A stretch of 63,278 nucleotides of DNA, the filler included, from Choristocarpus tenellus KU-1152 (taxonomy: Eukaryota > Protista > Phaeophyceae), in assembly GCA_964200185.2 (NCBI GenBank). It is 9 parts of 9 records of this genome, joined end to end, with 100 filler letters (N's around TTAATTAATTAA, not from the genome) between each part and the next. Parts side by side here need not be neighbours in the genome. Positions count along the whole stretch, not along the records: positions 1 to 14,152 come from CAXNAD020001268.1; 8 more parts are not named here. One strand, given 5' to 3'. The position numbers were made by a program, and so were the translations under genes. This document shows positions 1 through 13,438 of this stretch, one piece after another. The notes beneath the pieces were generated by a model. It worked only from the letters and a program-made list of their open reading frames with translations, was not told the origin of the DNA and made no database searches. Numbering within the stretch: the stretch's first letter is position 1; the number at the start of each line of letters is the position of its first letter.

Positions 1-259
1 GGGGCACAGAGGGGGAAGAAGACGACGAGGCACGAGGGCGCAAGGGTAGCGATGCGGTTGAAGGGGGGGGGGGTGAAGGGTTTTGTGCTGTAGTTTGTGG
101 TCTATTGTCGAAGACAAGGGCTCTGTGGTAGAGGTTGTTGCAACTTCCCAGCACTAAGAAACGCACATTTGTAGAGTGATGCTTGGACTGGTTCAGCGCA
201 TCGTGTGTTAATCTATCAGTCAGTTCATAAACATAACTTTCGTTATCGCCTTGCCATAG

Positions 260-3200
260 GAGACAACGAGGCTATGGACTGTTCCCAATGCCATCACTAT
301 GGGGCGGATGTGCTTTTGTCCTGCTTTGGGTGGGCTCATTATGACCTCAGAGTACAAGCTTGCCCTGATAGGTATGTCTCCCGTTTCTCGCTCGAATGGA
401 CTGGCAATGCTCTCCAGCCCAAGCTAGCAATGGCACTGACTGGCATGTCACTGAATTTCACTTAATCTAATATTGCCCCAACCCTGTCCCGGTGGAGAAT
501 GTAAATTCAGGGCTTGCGGCAGCGAGCTTCACAGACTGGTTGGATGGATATATTGCAAGAACATGGAATCAAAAGGTGGGTGCGACAAAGGACCGCTCAG
601 TAGTTTTGTCGCACTTTTTTTTTATTAGCTTTTCTGCAGACACTATATGTGTATATACTTTCTCCATTTTGTGTTGATCTCTGCTGCTGTGCCTCCTGCT
701 TCCCGTCGCATTTGTCGAATGGACAGAGCTCCTATCTCACATGCATGCGTGCTGCTTCTACACACTCCATATCTGTCTTGCGTATCAATATTGGTGATGC
801 TTCATTGTTGTCTGGTCAATGCTCATCACATGAGAGCAGTCAGTGTTGGGTGGGTTTTTGGACCCCCTAGCTGACAAGCTTATGGTGACCATTGTGGCTG
901 TGGCACTGGGTTATCAAGCCATCATTCCTGGGCCTCTTGTGGTGGGTTCCCCCGATCTACTCCCATGTATGCTTCATTTGCAGAATGAAATATAGCAAGT
1001 AGTTTTTGGCAGCCAAAGTGACGTAAGACGTGTGGGAGGCCATGCTTTCAGCTCACCCTCCTTGGCACACAAACAATACTTTCTACCTGCCAGGTACAGA
1101 AGTACCCAGTGTTTTGTTGTTTTGACCAGTGAGGCATCATGTCCGTGTCCATCGTGTCCTCTTGCCTTTTTTCTATATTTATCCAAATTTCCTGCATTAT
1201 TTGTTCCCTCCCCTTGAACCAGTTCTGGTGAGTTTGTTTTGCCGGAAGTATATATATATATATATCCCCATGGTGGTACTGTGTGATATTGTAGGGTGAA
1301 AAATCACTCCTAGCTCATTTCACTGCAATATGCTGCCCAGGTGGTAATGGTGGGCCGAGACTTGCTTCTTGTGGTGGGTTCCCTCGTACACCGGGTCAAG
1401 ACAAAGAGGGAGGGAGACGACTTTTTTGATTTGGACACTATTGACTACAGAGTAACACCTACCACTCTCAGCAAGGTGTGGAAGAGATCCCTACCTCCTT
1501 AGGCCATGCCATAAACATGTGCCTGCTTGTTTTGTTTCTGTGCACTGAATTTTCAAAAGACCAGACAATGGCAAGGATCTGAATTTGTTGGCTTTTCTGC
1601 TGTATGCATGCATTATATATGCAATTATATCAAGCTCTCTTTCGGTAAATGTTATTCCTTTTATGCGTTTTGTCATGTGCAGGTAAACACGGGGCTCCAG
1701 TTCTCAACCCTTTGGCTAGGTCTGACCAACGCCCTATACCAAGTGCCGGGTGATGCAGGGCTCATATATCTTTGGTGAGAGTATGGTGTAGAAATTCATT
1801 TTCGTGTGTGCGTATAAGGTCTTTGTAATGCTTGCAGAAATTTTGCTGGCACCGTGGAGTGTTCACAGGCACGAGGCTATCGTCCGTCTTAAAGCTGCGT
1901 TTTTTTGAAAATGGGTTAGATATGAAAAAAGAGTATTGGTGTAAGCGAAAACTTAACGATGACCATGGTAGTGAGACAACTGTATCTATTGAACTTCTCT
2001 CGAGCACAGCAGGCCACCTTGCGGAAGAATCTATTCGATTTCCAACTTGTGGCCAGTTTACAATTCAATCAAAAAGAAGGAAGGCATTCCGAATCTGATC
2101 TTTCAACTGCAGCAATAAAAAAAATATTGTCATAATATTTTGAACTTTTAGCAGTGGATTGCGCTGGTGTTACTGTAAGAGAGGGCAATGAGTGAGTGCA
2201 TATCTCTTCCTCTGTACCAAGCAAGGTCTGTGTTAGATGCAGTGCACATTGTGAGGTATGGGCGATAGTTTCCTTATTACTTCCTCTCCTCAGCATCAGT
2301 TTGAACCATTTCCAGGGTGCTTCACTTGTACAAAGCCAGTGCGTGTATATGAAAACCTCTTGCGCAGGGGATCAGTTCTTGTAGTTATGAAGAGACCTAC
2401 TGAAGGAGTTTTTGTCGAGAACCACCCCACAATATGTATGAAAGTCTGGTACAATTTGGTGGATTTGTACCCTGAATGGGAAACTGTTTGAACTGATGCC
2501 GAACAAAGGAAGCATAGCGGTAATTTTTTTTTATTTCTATAGGCGAAAGGAAACTCTAGTGGTAATCGTCCAATGAAAACACTATGTGACAAGCTCGCTC
2601 ATCACCCGTCAGTTGTTAGAACCAAAGGCCATATCGCCATGCATACTTCTGTTTTTGACATTCTTCTATGTCCTGCGCATGCACTCTACTTTTTCCACTC
2701 AGCTCCCCTCCCTGTGATGTTTTCTATTTTCAGTACCCTTCACGAATTCTTCTCTCTCCTCCCAAGTGCGAGACCTCCCTAATGATGGTTCTAGGCATTG
2801 GCAGATCTTCTCATGTGTCTATGTGGGTATAGACCGATACACGCATTTTTGGTGAAGTTAAAAAAAAAAACCTAAGACTTACCGCTCTAAGTATATGTGT
2901 AGTACATAGTACATTAACCATTCTTCCTGAAGTATCCTGAACCACATTGAGCTAATGTTTCCGCAATATATATATATATGTATTTATGTGTTGTATATTT
3001 ATGTGTTGTATATTTATGTGTGTATGTGTCTGTTTACATTATCAAACCAATGTTTTCGTATTCAACCACCTGTGAAGAGTCACCTATCCATCATCACATA
3101 CATCACCTTCATTTAATGTCTGTGTCTGTATCTTTGTCAAACAATTGGGGGGTCTGGTGGGGTCATGGGCGGTCGGTCGGTCGGTCTGGGGTATACAAAA

Positions 3201-3605
3201 ATAAATAAAAAATTAATAATTAAAAATAAACAACCCAGCGGGCTGACAGGCGCAGCCACCGTTGCGTCTGGAGTGAACTACCTCCTCGTGTCGGGCTTCA
3301 AGCCACGGGGCCGCCTGGGGAAGACGATCATGGTTCGGAGAGAGGCCATGAAGCAGCGGTTTGAGGAGGGCGAGGTGGTTGTGAAGGAGAGGATTAGGGA
3401 GAGGCGAGAGGTGGTGAAGAAGGGGATATCCCGCCGCAGGGACAGCGTGAGGGTGGCCAGGAAGTCTGTTGAGGGGAAGGTGAAGGTGAGGAGGAAGGTG
3501 CAAAGCGAGGGTTTGATGTATCTTGGAAGGCGAAGGCTCTTTGTGTGGAGTTGGGGGTCAGGGGTAGAGAATGTGAAGAGTGGGAAGAGACGGGGGAGGT
3601 ATTGA
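260..3605 (+). CDS. CRLS1: CDP-alcohol phosphatidyltransferase, most likely cardiolipin synthase (CMP-forming); 5' end not resolved
   Basis: Six GT-AG exons join in phase: 260-371, 511-575, 840-941, 1341-1475, 1683-1774, 3239-3605. Peptide: WTVPNAITMGRM...[32 protein letters not shown]...GRDLLLVVG...VTPTTLSKVNTGLQF. It carries the DxxDGxxAR...GxxLDxxAD CDP-OH motif. PGP synthase is not excluded. Confidence 0.88.
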
Positions 3606-3791
3606 GGAGAAGAAATATATATATATATATTTTATTATTATTATTATTATTATTTGAGGGGTTTTTTGTTGTCTCTTAGTCGCGTTTTTTGAGGCATGCA
3701 ACCGTTTGACTCTTGAGATACTTTTTTTGTGTACAGGTATAATCGAAAGCAGTTGGGAAAGTTGGAGTGCACTCTGCTGCAGTACTCTGTC

Positions 3792-3869
3792 GATGATGTA
3801 ACTGACGATGCAACTGACGATGTAACTGACAATGTAACTGACAATATAACTGACGATGTAACTGATGAG
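3792..3869. repeat. 12-bp minisatellite (GACGATGTAACT), about 6.5 units
   Basis: Tandem units with single-base variants are directly visible. Confidence 0.95.
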
Positions 3870-4533
3870 CAATGGAGCTCTGATGCGGCCTCCACGGGTT
3901 TGAATATTTTGGTTCTGTCCACACAAGTTTGGTAAGGTGGCACTGTACACTGTTATACGCTGGGACAGGTTCAAGAACAGTCCGGCACTCTTCTTCGTAA
4001 GACAGAATCGCGCAGTCTACTTTTATGTGGATGGGTTCGATTTGAGTGTTTTGTTATGGTTGGGGAAGGCGATTTCTAGGGCAAGACTTGGTTTGGGCGT
4101 AGTAGTGGTGAATGAATAGATAGATGAGGATATGAGTCTCCTTTGGAGGCTTGTGTGACTCTTGGGAAGTACTTCATTAGGCTTGTTATATACACATTTT
4201 TTGTCCGCTAGAGAGTAGGAGGGCGTATTACGAAATATCTAACGTTAGATTTCCCTTTTTGTGTGTTTATGTAAGGCACTATGTGCAAATTATGTTCAAT
4301 ATTATGGGGAGTTTGTAGTGTTTGGAGGGGGGGGGGAGTACCTTGAAGGGTTTTCAACTTCAACACCTCATCAGTGAGTAAGAACCACCCGGATGTGTGA
4401 CGCCTGTTGTGTGTTAGGTTTTTTTAATTATTTCATTGTAAGGGTTAGGGCTATTAGCACCTACTCCAAAATTATTTCATTTGAAGGGAAGGAAAGGCTG
4501 ACTCCCATGTATGTGCGTTCAAGCTGCTTTGAA

Positions 4534-4646
4534 GTAAACAATATAAACAATGTAAACAATATAAACAATGTAAACAATATAAACAATGTAAACAATATAA
4601 ACAATGTAAACAATATAAACAATGTAAACAATATAAACAATGTAAA
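4534..4646. repeat. 18-bp tandem repeat (GTAAACAATATAAACAAT)x6, built from a 9-bp subunit
   Basis: Perfect array visible; it explains the spurious NNINNV/YIVYIV/LHCLYC ORFs. Confidence 0.95.
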
Positions 4647-7600
4647 TCATACAAATAATACAAATATACATGTATTCTTTGTACAACAAAGTGAACTGTA
4701 GGTTTTGCACAAAATTTGATAAAATCCAAGTTCTGCATGGTGAACTTGCTTGTGTTGTTATGGCTTGAGTGACAGAATAGACGCCAGTCCTCTCTTCAGT
4801 ACTCCTCTCTCCCACCCTTTCCAACCCCAAGAACCTGTGACCCCCCCCACCCCTCCCCCCAATGATGTTGCTGGCCTCTCCAATGCTTGATCCCAGGAAA
4901 TAGTGGAGAACCGAAAGGCCCGTTCCGGGAAAGGTATTGTGAAGGCACAAAATCACTTCAAAAAGGTGTAAGGGATTAAAGGAAGGGGGAAGTGGAGGGA
5001 GAACTGTGAAAGTAGAAGCTAAGGGTGTGTGGCGGGTGGGGGCGGGGGGGGATTTTCAAGTGGGGATGTATATGGGGTGATGCAGTGCCTCTTGCTCCTC
5101 TGCTGTGATCCTTGCCGGCTAAGTCGTGCTGTGGTAATTAGATATCTTGTTTTTAATTTTTTTTGTGAATTGCGGCAATTCCAGTTGTGGATAGAATATC
5201 GGCAATAGAATTGAAATGGTGTGAGTGGTCGATTATCTTTTTAATTTTATCTTTTGGGCGTCACAACAGCCACACACAAAATCCTCGCAGTCCTCACAAT
5301 AGCATTTCCATAGTCATGAGTGTGTCTGGAGCCTCTGGAGACTTGGGAGATCCGGCTGCCCGGTTTGCCCTCCCACTTGTAGACTTTGATGAGGAGGGAA
5401 ATGAATCGGAGAGTCAAGGTGATGTGAAAAAAGTGTGATGTGAAGGAATCAGAGCCTGACATTCACCGGTTAGCCAACCAGCAGAAGGAAGACCCTCTCA
5501 AGGACTTGCCAATGATGCAACACATAGGGTTGAGGGCTACCACTTCAACACTTCTTTTGGATGCTTGTATACACAAACACAACATGGAACGAGAACAGTG
5601 TAGAGGTGTGCTTGACTGAAACAACATCGGATGGATACAATTTGGCATGGCAAGGCACCGCCCACACACTGTTCATGCTGAGAGGCGATAGATCTGCCTG
5701 AAGACCGGCAAAGGGGATTCATTACAGGATCCCCTTGTATTGTTCTGTGGGAGATGAGTGGGTGCTGCATCTGATGGGGGTGGTGGTGGATGTCACTGTG
5801 AGGGAGTACACACTGTAGTCGGGATGAAGCAGGGGCGGTTATGTCTTCTGAAGGGTGACGGGGCTCAACATGACTGATGAGGTTGAAGGTTTTCGATAGT
5901 GACCGGCTCAAGTGGTGTTAGGAAAGGACTTCATCAGTATTTGTCCCCCGCCTGGACAATCTTGCGCCACTCTGTGTTTTTCGTTTCTGGTGCATCACAA
6001 GCGGCAGACTTGGAGTGCATATTATTGTCAACGTCTGAGAGTGTTGTAGAACCTTCAAAGTACAGAATGGGATTTTCAATGCTGTGCAGACCGTGGTATT
6101 CCTGTACAAGACCTGACTGTAGGTGGATGCATGAGGGACTGCTGAGGATGACCGCAACATAGATACTGCCTGAAGACCAGAGTCTAGTCATACACACACA
6201 CAAATATTTTTCTTTTATTAGGGTTAAGATTTGTACATGGTGCTAGTTTAGAGCGCTAGTTTAGAAATACTACTGCAATACAATAATAGTAATAATAATA
6301 GATTAATCTTCTCAACACTTCAGGCAGATAGTCTTATTGTGTTCTCGAGCATAATATGCATCTGTCCCAGATATAGCAAGCAAGATGGTGCGTCTGGCAT
6401 CAATATCGGGAATAGATTATACCAGTGAGTGGGTGTACTATTTAAATGGCTATTTTTTTCTAGTTCACCAATCAGGATACCTCCTTACTGTCTCACGAAA
6501 GTGCACTTCATTCACGATTCGATTCAATTGAGCGCGTTGAAAATATTTCAGATGGATCCAAAAATATTTCCCTCAATCGATTTTTTTTTCAACACATTAA
6601 CTAACCTGAATATGCCTACGAGTAGATGCAAAAAGTGACTAGTTACAAAAGTCAACAATTCTAAATATTAAGACTATTGAGGCTTGAGAGACACTCCAAA
6701 TACGTGTCATGGGGGATTGACAATGGGGACATGATGTAAAAAACGAAGTCAATACTCCATATCTGTGAGCCATGTTGACGAAACTACAAATAGGATCAAT
6801 TTGCCACTGGACTCCTCTATCTTCTTATAAATGCTATAGAGTTCTGAGTCCAAGTAAGCAAGAGGTACCTAGGATGGCGTTCTAGAGATGCTGACAAAAT
6901 ATGTTGTAAATTTCGGCCTTTTGTACAAATCTGCGAAGGGAATTTTCTGAATTCTGTCAAAAACTGTTAAAACAATAGAGATTAACCCTTTCAAATCAAT
7001 CTTAGTATAGAAAGATGGGTGAATTCCAGATGAAAAAAGTGGCTTAAAATGCAAAACTTCCAAAAACTGGGTACCTTTTGTTTGCTTGACTCTTCTTACG
7101 TACGTACAACTAAATTTCTGGGCATCACTCGTTTCAAAGACACTTAAAGACAATTATACGTGACCTGGCTATGGTTGCGCAATAGGATATCTACTTGTGT
7201 TTTGCTGTGGCATTGCCTACTTGCAAGTTCAGTTTGAAGTGTTACTTGTCTATTTTGAAATGGTACTTCTTGTGTACTACCTAGACACTTGCTAATACTA
7301 CAACTAACACATCAATGTATAATGCAGGTATGTGATGGTTTGTTGTTTTGCATAGGGATCATACTTTTTATTGGGTGTGTAGAAGTAGTTGGAGTCGTTG
7401 CAGATAGTAGATGGGCAGTTGTGTCCAGGCGGGAACACAGGCAGACAAACTTTAATAGTGTACTTGGCCTCCTCTACTTGTTGGGAAGATGGTAGATTGA
7501 TTCGTAGGGCAGATTTTTGGGTAGATATAGCCAGAGCTACCCATTGTTTTGAGACATCTAACTAGTTACTCTGGGAGTGCTTCTTCAAGCCAGTTCAATA

Positions 7601-8016
7601 TATTTTCCTACTCTTGACAAGAAGAGTTCATAGTGACTGTAGGTCCCGTTTATGTGTGCTGAATGTATACCTCCCTCCAAAATACTTCATCAGTGGATAG
7701 TGTTCTTCTTACGAGGGGTAGCTGTATGTTGGTTGCTTTTGGCTGCTCATGTAGACTTGGTACTTGGAGGGCATCGAGGGTTGGTTGGTGGTGTTAATCG
7801 TGTGGAATTGTGACATCCTTAGACATTGAATAACGCATCATCCAAGGTACTTGCAGCTCTAATAGGTACCTCCTAACGTAGTTTGTACTTGATTTTGACT
7901 TTGTATGATACTTCTTCAGGCCTCTTACAGTGGGTAGAGCTTCTTGTATTGTCAGGTTGTGGTGTCTAGATGGGAGAGCAATTCCGAATCTGAAATATAA
8001 TATGCTGCTCACTCTT

Positions 8017-8274
8017 GAGTGAAAGTATCTTGGAGGGTACACGTTTTGGCTTGTTTGTTCATTTGGGGCTTCGCTTCTCGTGTTTTTTTTCATGGCATTT
8101 TCCTACTCCAAAACGTTTCGGGGTAGGTAAAATGTATACGTTGCGAAAAGGTGCATCCGGAACAAGGATATTGACACTTCCTAACAAACACGATAACCAA
8201 AATTACATCAAGTCGTAACATTGGATTTTGGCCCCCAAATGGACGCGGCCCTACCCTCTAAGATACTTTGGCTC
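8017..8274. mobile_element. MITE family A (Sola2-like non-autonomous DNA transposon), full copy
   Basis: TIRs GAGTGAAAGTATCTTGGAGGGTA / TACCCTCTAAGATACTTTGGCTC; 4-bp TSD TCTT on both sides; 258 bp. Confidence 0.9.
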
Positions 8275-8615
8275 TCTTGTTCTGGAAGTTTGTGCCATGT
8301 CTCGCACTGCTGCCAACCAAAGCAATGGAAACAACTGTAGTCAGACCTCTCCACTCTCTATTCCGCTCCTTCAACCACCCACAGTAGTAGGGTGGTCGAA
8401 GTGGTTCATCCTCTCTCATACAGGCTCCCAGTATCAGTAGGAACCTAGCACTGAGATGTTACATGCTTCACCTCCACACCTCCACCCCCGGAATCTACAC
8501 AGATCCTGATCAAGTTTCATGTTCATCTCTTGGTCACTTGGATGTGTGTCTACTTCGTAAATAAAAATAGCTTCACAATTCGATCCTGTGAGATGGTGCA
8601 GCCTCTGCTCAGGTT

Positions 8616-10111
8616 TCAAGCTCGTCGGTTGGAGGTAGTGGTGCTTCGTGCCGATTTTACATGCCCACCCAGGTGCATACCCCGCAGGCAGGAGTAGGGA
8701 TCCCAAAGAGCCTGTCCTTGTGGTAGTGGGCTGTCCTCCCGAATGAGCCTGACGTTCTCTGTCAGGCCTGGATTGTTGCCATCGGAGATGTCGCAAATCT
8801 TGTAGGCACGGGTGCTGAGTAGTTCGTTTGTCTTTGTCCGCAGAATTTATTGTCAATACAGCAGGGGTGCAGCAATTATTGCATGGCAATGGGAAGACAG
8901 GAGAGGGTTGAACCTTGCTTGTTTGAAGTTTGGTGGTGACTGATTACTATATGTAATACCTCGACTTGGTTCACTGGGGGTATGCGTGTGTGATTGGGGT
9001 TGTAGAACAGGAGTGTAGTAGTCTTCCGAAAGCGATTCTGACACAAGACACATGTAATACAGGAAACTTGATCAAACAATGTTAAGGTTGGAAGTAATTA
9101 CCACAGCGAGGATCTCTGTTGGTTCTTCTCTTATAGAGTCTCACGTGCTTTACAAGTTCGGCTGGAGTGTATCCGACATCCTTGATGAACATCTCGGGTG
9201 GAGACACATCAGCTCTGAGCTTTCCCCCTCTGCATCTCACGGACCTACTCGTCAAGGTTGTTGGTCTTACACCACAACAGTCCTTCCCTGCGCCTCCTTC
9301 TGCTACAGTCTGTTTCGACCTCCTCTTGCCGCTGGTTATGTCTGGGAAGATCACTTTGAACCTGGATATCTGATTTTTGCGATACCTCATGACCTGCTGC
9401 TGCATCTCGTGGAAGCTCAGACGTCCGTCTGTATCCCGTGCCAGGTCGGAAAATAGTTCGATCACCTCTTGCTGGGTAATTTGTTTGCGGTAACCGCGCC
9501 CCTTAGCATTCTTGAGGTGACTGTCAGCCTGTGCTATGACATCTTCCTTCTGCGCCTCATTGAGGATACACAGTGGCCTTGAGGCTGAAATATACACCTG
9601 TACGAAGTGTGTACATATTTCCAACCTGTTGAAATATTACATTTCTCCAATAAAAAATCCGTCATGCTATTGTTTGGACAACTCTCTGTTTGATGGTGTC
9701 AGGCATTGACTTGTTGGTCGTGAGACAAAACGAGTCGTCAAAGAATGGCGAACGTGTTAGAGAGGTACCACGGTGCTCCGATATCTTCAGAGAAAGTCTG
9801 CCGTCAAGGCATACCTGCAGAGTGTCCTCCTTCTCGAACTGGAGGCACATAGCGTCGAGCTCCCATGTGTTCACCACGTGCTCCCCCCGATGTCCTGAAC
9901 GCAACCGCGAATTCTCATCCAACGGACCATACATGCTAAATGCATAAAGACGCCCCGTTGACAGAGGGTGCTGCAGAGCAGGTGGAAATATGAACTCTAA
10001 CAAGTCGCTAATGTCCACTTTTTCGGCGCATCGAAGCTTTCTTCCACGGAAGTCATTGTCGCAAGAAGGTGATACCCTATCAACCTCCGATGTGGTCGTC
10101 GTGTTGTCCAT
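8616..10111 (-). CDS. EF-hand-containing protein, 3 exons, about 321 aa
   Basis: Exons 10111-9815, 9597-9145 and 8831-8616, all phase 0 with GT-AG sites. EF-hand-like segment ELFSDLARDTDGRLSFHEMQQ; ends SNRRA-TGA. Confidence 0.8.
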
Positions 10112-10366
10112 CGTGTGATTCCGTGTAAAACCTATTGTTGCAAGGTCTCCAAAATGCCTTCTTCGTCACTTATTTCACCCATCTTGTAGGCACATACATA
10201 GCTTTTAGTTTGCAGAGGTGCAGCATATAGGTGGGGCCTGGGCGATCTCGCGATTCCTTACGCCTCCATGATCGTCACCTGATGATGGAAATAGTACGTT
10301 TCTCTTGAAACTGACAACTTTCTTATTGACATCATTCCATGCGAAGTACAGGAGTAATCTGGAAGG
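10112..10366. promoter_or_regulatory. Putative bidirectional promoter between divergent genes
   Basis: Only 255 bp separate the two predicted ATGs; the region and first exons are CpG-undepleted. Confidence 0.55.
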
Positions 10367-12519
10367 ATGCAGGACACACAGGTTTCAACCAGCAGTCCTG
10401 ATTATGAAGGACACTCGGAATACTGGTGTGCGAGTAAGATGGACGCAGCTGCTGAGGGTATAGACATCACCAAGGCTGATTCATGGCAACCCGGGGGGCA
10501 GTTTACTGCAGATTATATCAGTCTGTGCAGGTATCATAATACGATCATGTAAAGAAACATTGATGAGTTGGAGAGATTGGCTCATCCAACCTTGAAGTTG
10601 CACATACAAATTGAAAGGCGACCAGCGCTAATGGGAAAAACAATTAGTGCAAAAGCGAGGTCGATGGGGTGCAACGTTGGCAACAACGTTCACTACGGTT
10701 GGGTGAGATCATCCCAATTGGTACCTGGACTATCTGTCGTTCTCTTGTAGGAACACAAAACGAGAGGACTATCGTAGTTTAGTCTTCTTCTCGTTGATTT
10801 CCCACTCCACATTTCTTCTCCCTTGCAAATTTAACAGGATCTTCGACGTCACGCCGCACCCATGCCTGCAAAGATCAGTTGGATCAGGAGAAGGGATCCC
10901 GGAAACGTGTGTTGCCGTGCGTAATTTCGCTCTGGATAGAACAACCTTGTTGCTCATGTTGAAGGTCTTAAAGGAGTCCAAACACGTTACAACACTTCAA
11001 TTCTATAATGCAGGGCTGCCTGCTAGCGCTCTCAGCGCTCTTGCAGACGCTCTCCCAAGCACCCCAGTATGTAACCTCGCCATTGACTATAACCCACTAG
11101 TTGAAGATCAATCAGAGAGCGAGATCCAGACAGGAGAGCCTTTGCAAAAGAGTGGTCAGTTTGACCCCTTTGCGATCTTTCTCGGCACAACATCCAAGCT
11201 GAGATATTTGTCGCTTAGGGGTAACAGGATCACAGACATTGGGGCAGCTGCAATCGCTGAGGAGATTGAGGGAAACAAGTTACTTGGATCCCTCAACATG
11301 TTCGATAACCTGGTCACTGACAAAGGGTGAGCAGAGATTTTGTTAAAAACCTCGTAGCTAGGAGCGATTTTTCTATGGGAGAAATGATCTATGGTCGTCT
11401 GTTGATGTCTTGCTGTGCTTTCGTGTTGGTTCTGGGCAACAATAGCGAGCTACAATAATATATACTCCATTATGGTAAATGTGTTATCGTTACTACTACT
11501 CTCTGATAGACCCATTGTCGTGTTGGGTTTGTTTACCCTATGTAGTACTCTGGAGCATTTGTTAGATTATGACTTTGGAACCAACTAGACCTCACATCTC
11601 CAGTCCATGATAACTACGCTAGATTTGTTTTATTTGTATGTACCTAGTCCGCAGGTGGGCTCTTCGAACTTCTACACTACATCCAACTTTGCCCAGATGA
11701 CTGGTTGAGAGTGGAGCACTCAATGACATTGAGGCGCACAAAACTAAATTTCCCTTTCTTTCTAGATTATAGTACTTGTTTCATCACTCTTACAAGCCTT
11801 GTCCCTCAACAATGTCACCAATTAGTTCTAGCTCCCCTACATAGGTTGTTTATTTTTTGTTCCATATAGCATTTCGAACAAACTACCCATTATCCTATTG
11901 GCACAAAACGTCTGTTCGCCCTACCTGCTTGTTCTTATTGTTGCACTCTAAACACACAAGCGCTGCTACACTAGTCGAAGCGCTCAAGCTCAATAGCTCT
12001 CTTCGTGGGTTGTCCCTGGCAAAGAACCGCCTCAACAGTGCCTCAGCAGGGTCATTTGGGGACATCCTCGCAGGATACGAGGCTACCCCAACACTGCTGG
12101 CAAAGCGGAAGGAAGTAGACAATCGTATAGCTGCTCACAACAAGACAGTGCAGGAGGCCATGAAAAAGAAGAAAGATGCTAATGTGGAGCTCATGATCCC
12201 TCTAGGTGCAATTCTCCCACAGGTTGAAGAGGGGGAGGGCAACGCAGATAAAGAGGAGGTGGCAAGGACCTTAGTTGCAGGAAGTCCAAGCCTGATGATT
12301 GTAAACCTTAACGATAATGCTGGATTAAGTGCCAGCCCTTTGCTGGCTATGCTAGAGAGGTTAACTGAAGCGAGGGGGGCGGGTAGGGCAAAGGGTGGAG
12401 AGGGGGGACTGCAGGCTATGCACATTCAGAGGTGTGGACCTGGTGGAGAAGACGAGGAGTGGTCGAAGGTTATGACTGCAGCAGAAGGCCTTCATCCCTC
12501 TGAGATTACTATTCAGTGA
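10367..12519 (+). CDS. RNI-type leucine-rich-repeat protein, LRRC71-like
   Basis: Exons 10367-10530, 10838-11326 and 11961-12519 join in phase 2. LRRs LRYLSLRGNRITDIGAAAIAEEI, LGSLNMFDNLVTDKGAATLVEAL and LRGLSLAKNRL. N-terminal GQFTADYISLC resembles LRRC71. The start may be the second ATG (MDAAAEG). Confidence 0.85.
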
Positions 12520-13173
12520 GGCTGCTGTAATATCTCCTGTTAGAAAAGAAGGGTATTGTTGCTCTGTGTATCAAGCCAGTTTTAGCGATAGGTATATATA
12601 GAGGGTGTTTGGTCGCGAATATGATAGGGTGTTTTGCTTTTGTATCTGGTGAGTGAGATATATCCTGGGCATGCTTTTTGAGGGTTCTACTCAGGGCCGC
12701 ACTTGAGTCTCTAGCACTTGCATAATGTGTGACTGCCCTTTGTGTTACAGAAAGAGCTTTCTTTTGCTCACTTGGTTTGAACCAAGTAATGCAATGCAGT
12801 TTGATGTTACTAGACTCAGATTATGCTAGCTAGAGGAAGTAGTTCTGTACAGCATTGTGCTTTTTTTCATTTCAGTAAAACAGGGAGTGATTTCACCGTG
12901 TTCTCAGTGAATTTTGCTGCAGAGAGTCTACAACAGAGGGATCTGTCATTTCTTCTTTAAATGCAGAGTACCCCCCACAGGGGTAACTTTCAATCACTTA
13001 TCTGGTCTTACAACTTCATATTCAGGGTGGGGCACTATTTATATAATAAATGAGATATGTGTATGAGTGCCGGCAAAGCGTTTAGGGCAACTATTCATCG
13101 CACTCGATGCACAATGAGCAGACGCCAAAATTACACACAACAAACTTACATGTATGATACAACTTTCACATGA

Positions 13174-13438
13174 GAGACTAAGCATTTAAGAGGGTACGAG
13201 TTTTGCCCTGTTTGTCCATTTGGGGCTTGGCTTCCCACAGGTTTTTTATTTATGCCCTTTTTTAGGTAACTGTGTGAACACAGTTGCCTAAAATGTGTAC
13301 TTCTTTGAAAGGTGTGTCCGGAGCAAGGATATTAACACTACTTGCTAACAAACATGATAACCAAAGTTCGTCAAAATCACAGCATTGGATTTATGATCCC
13401 GAACAGACGTGACCCTACCCTCTTAAATGCTTTGGGTC
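13174..13438. mobile_element. MITE family A, diverged subfamily (TIR core AAGCATTTAAGAGGGTA)
   Basis: Colinear with the 8017 copy; TSD not preserved. Confidence 0.85.

Noticed and set aside
3558-4956. ORFs with SYIV, NNINNV and LHCLYC repeats
   Set aside because: Translations of minisatellites; no sign of coding.
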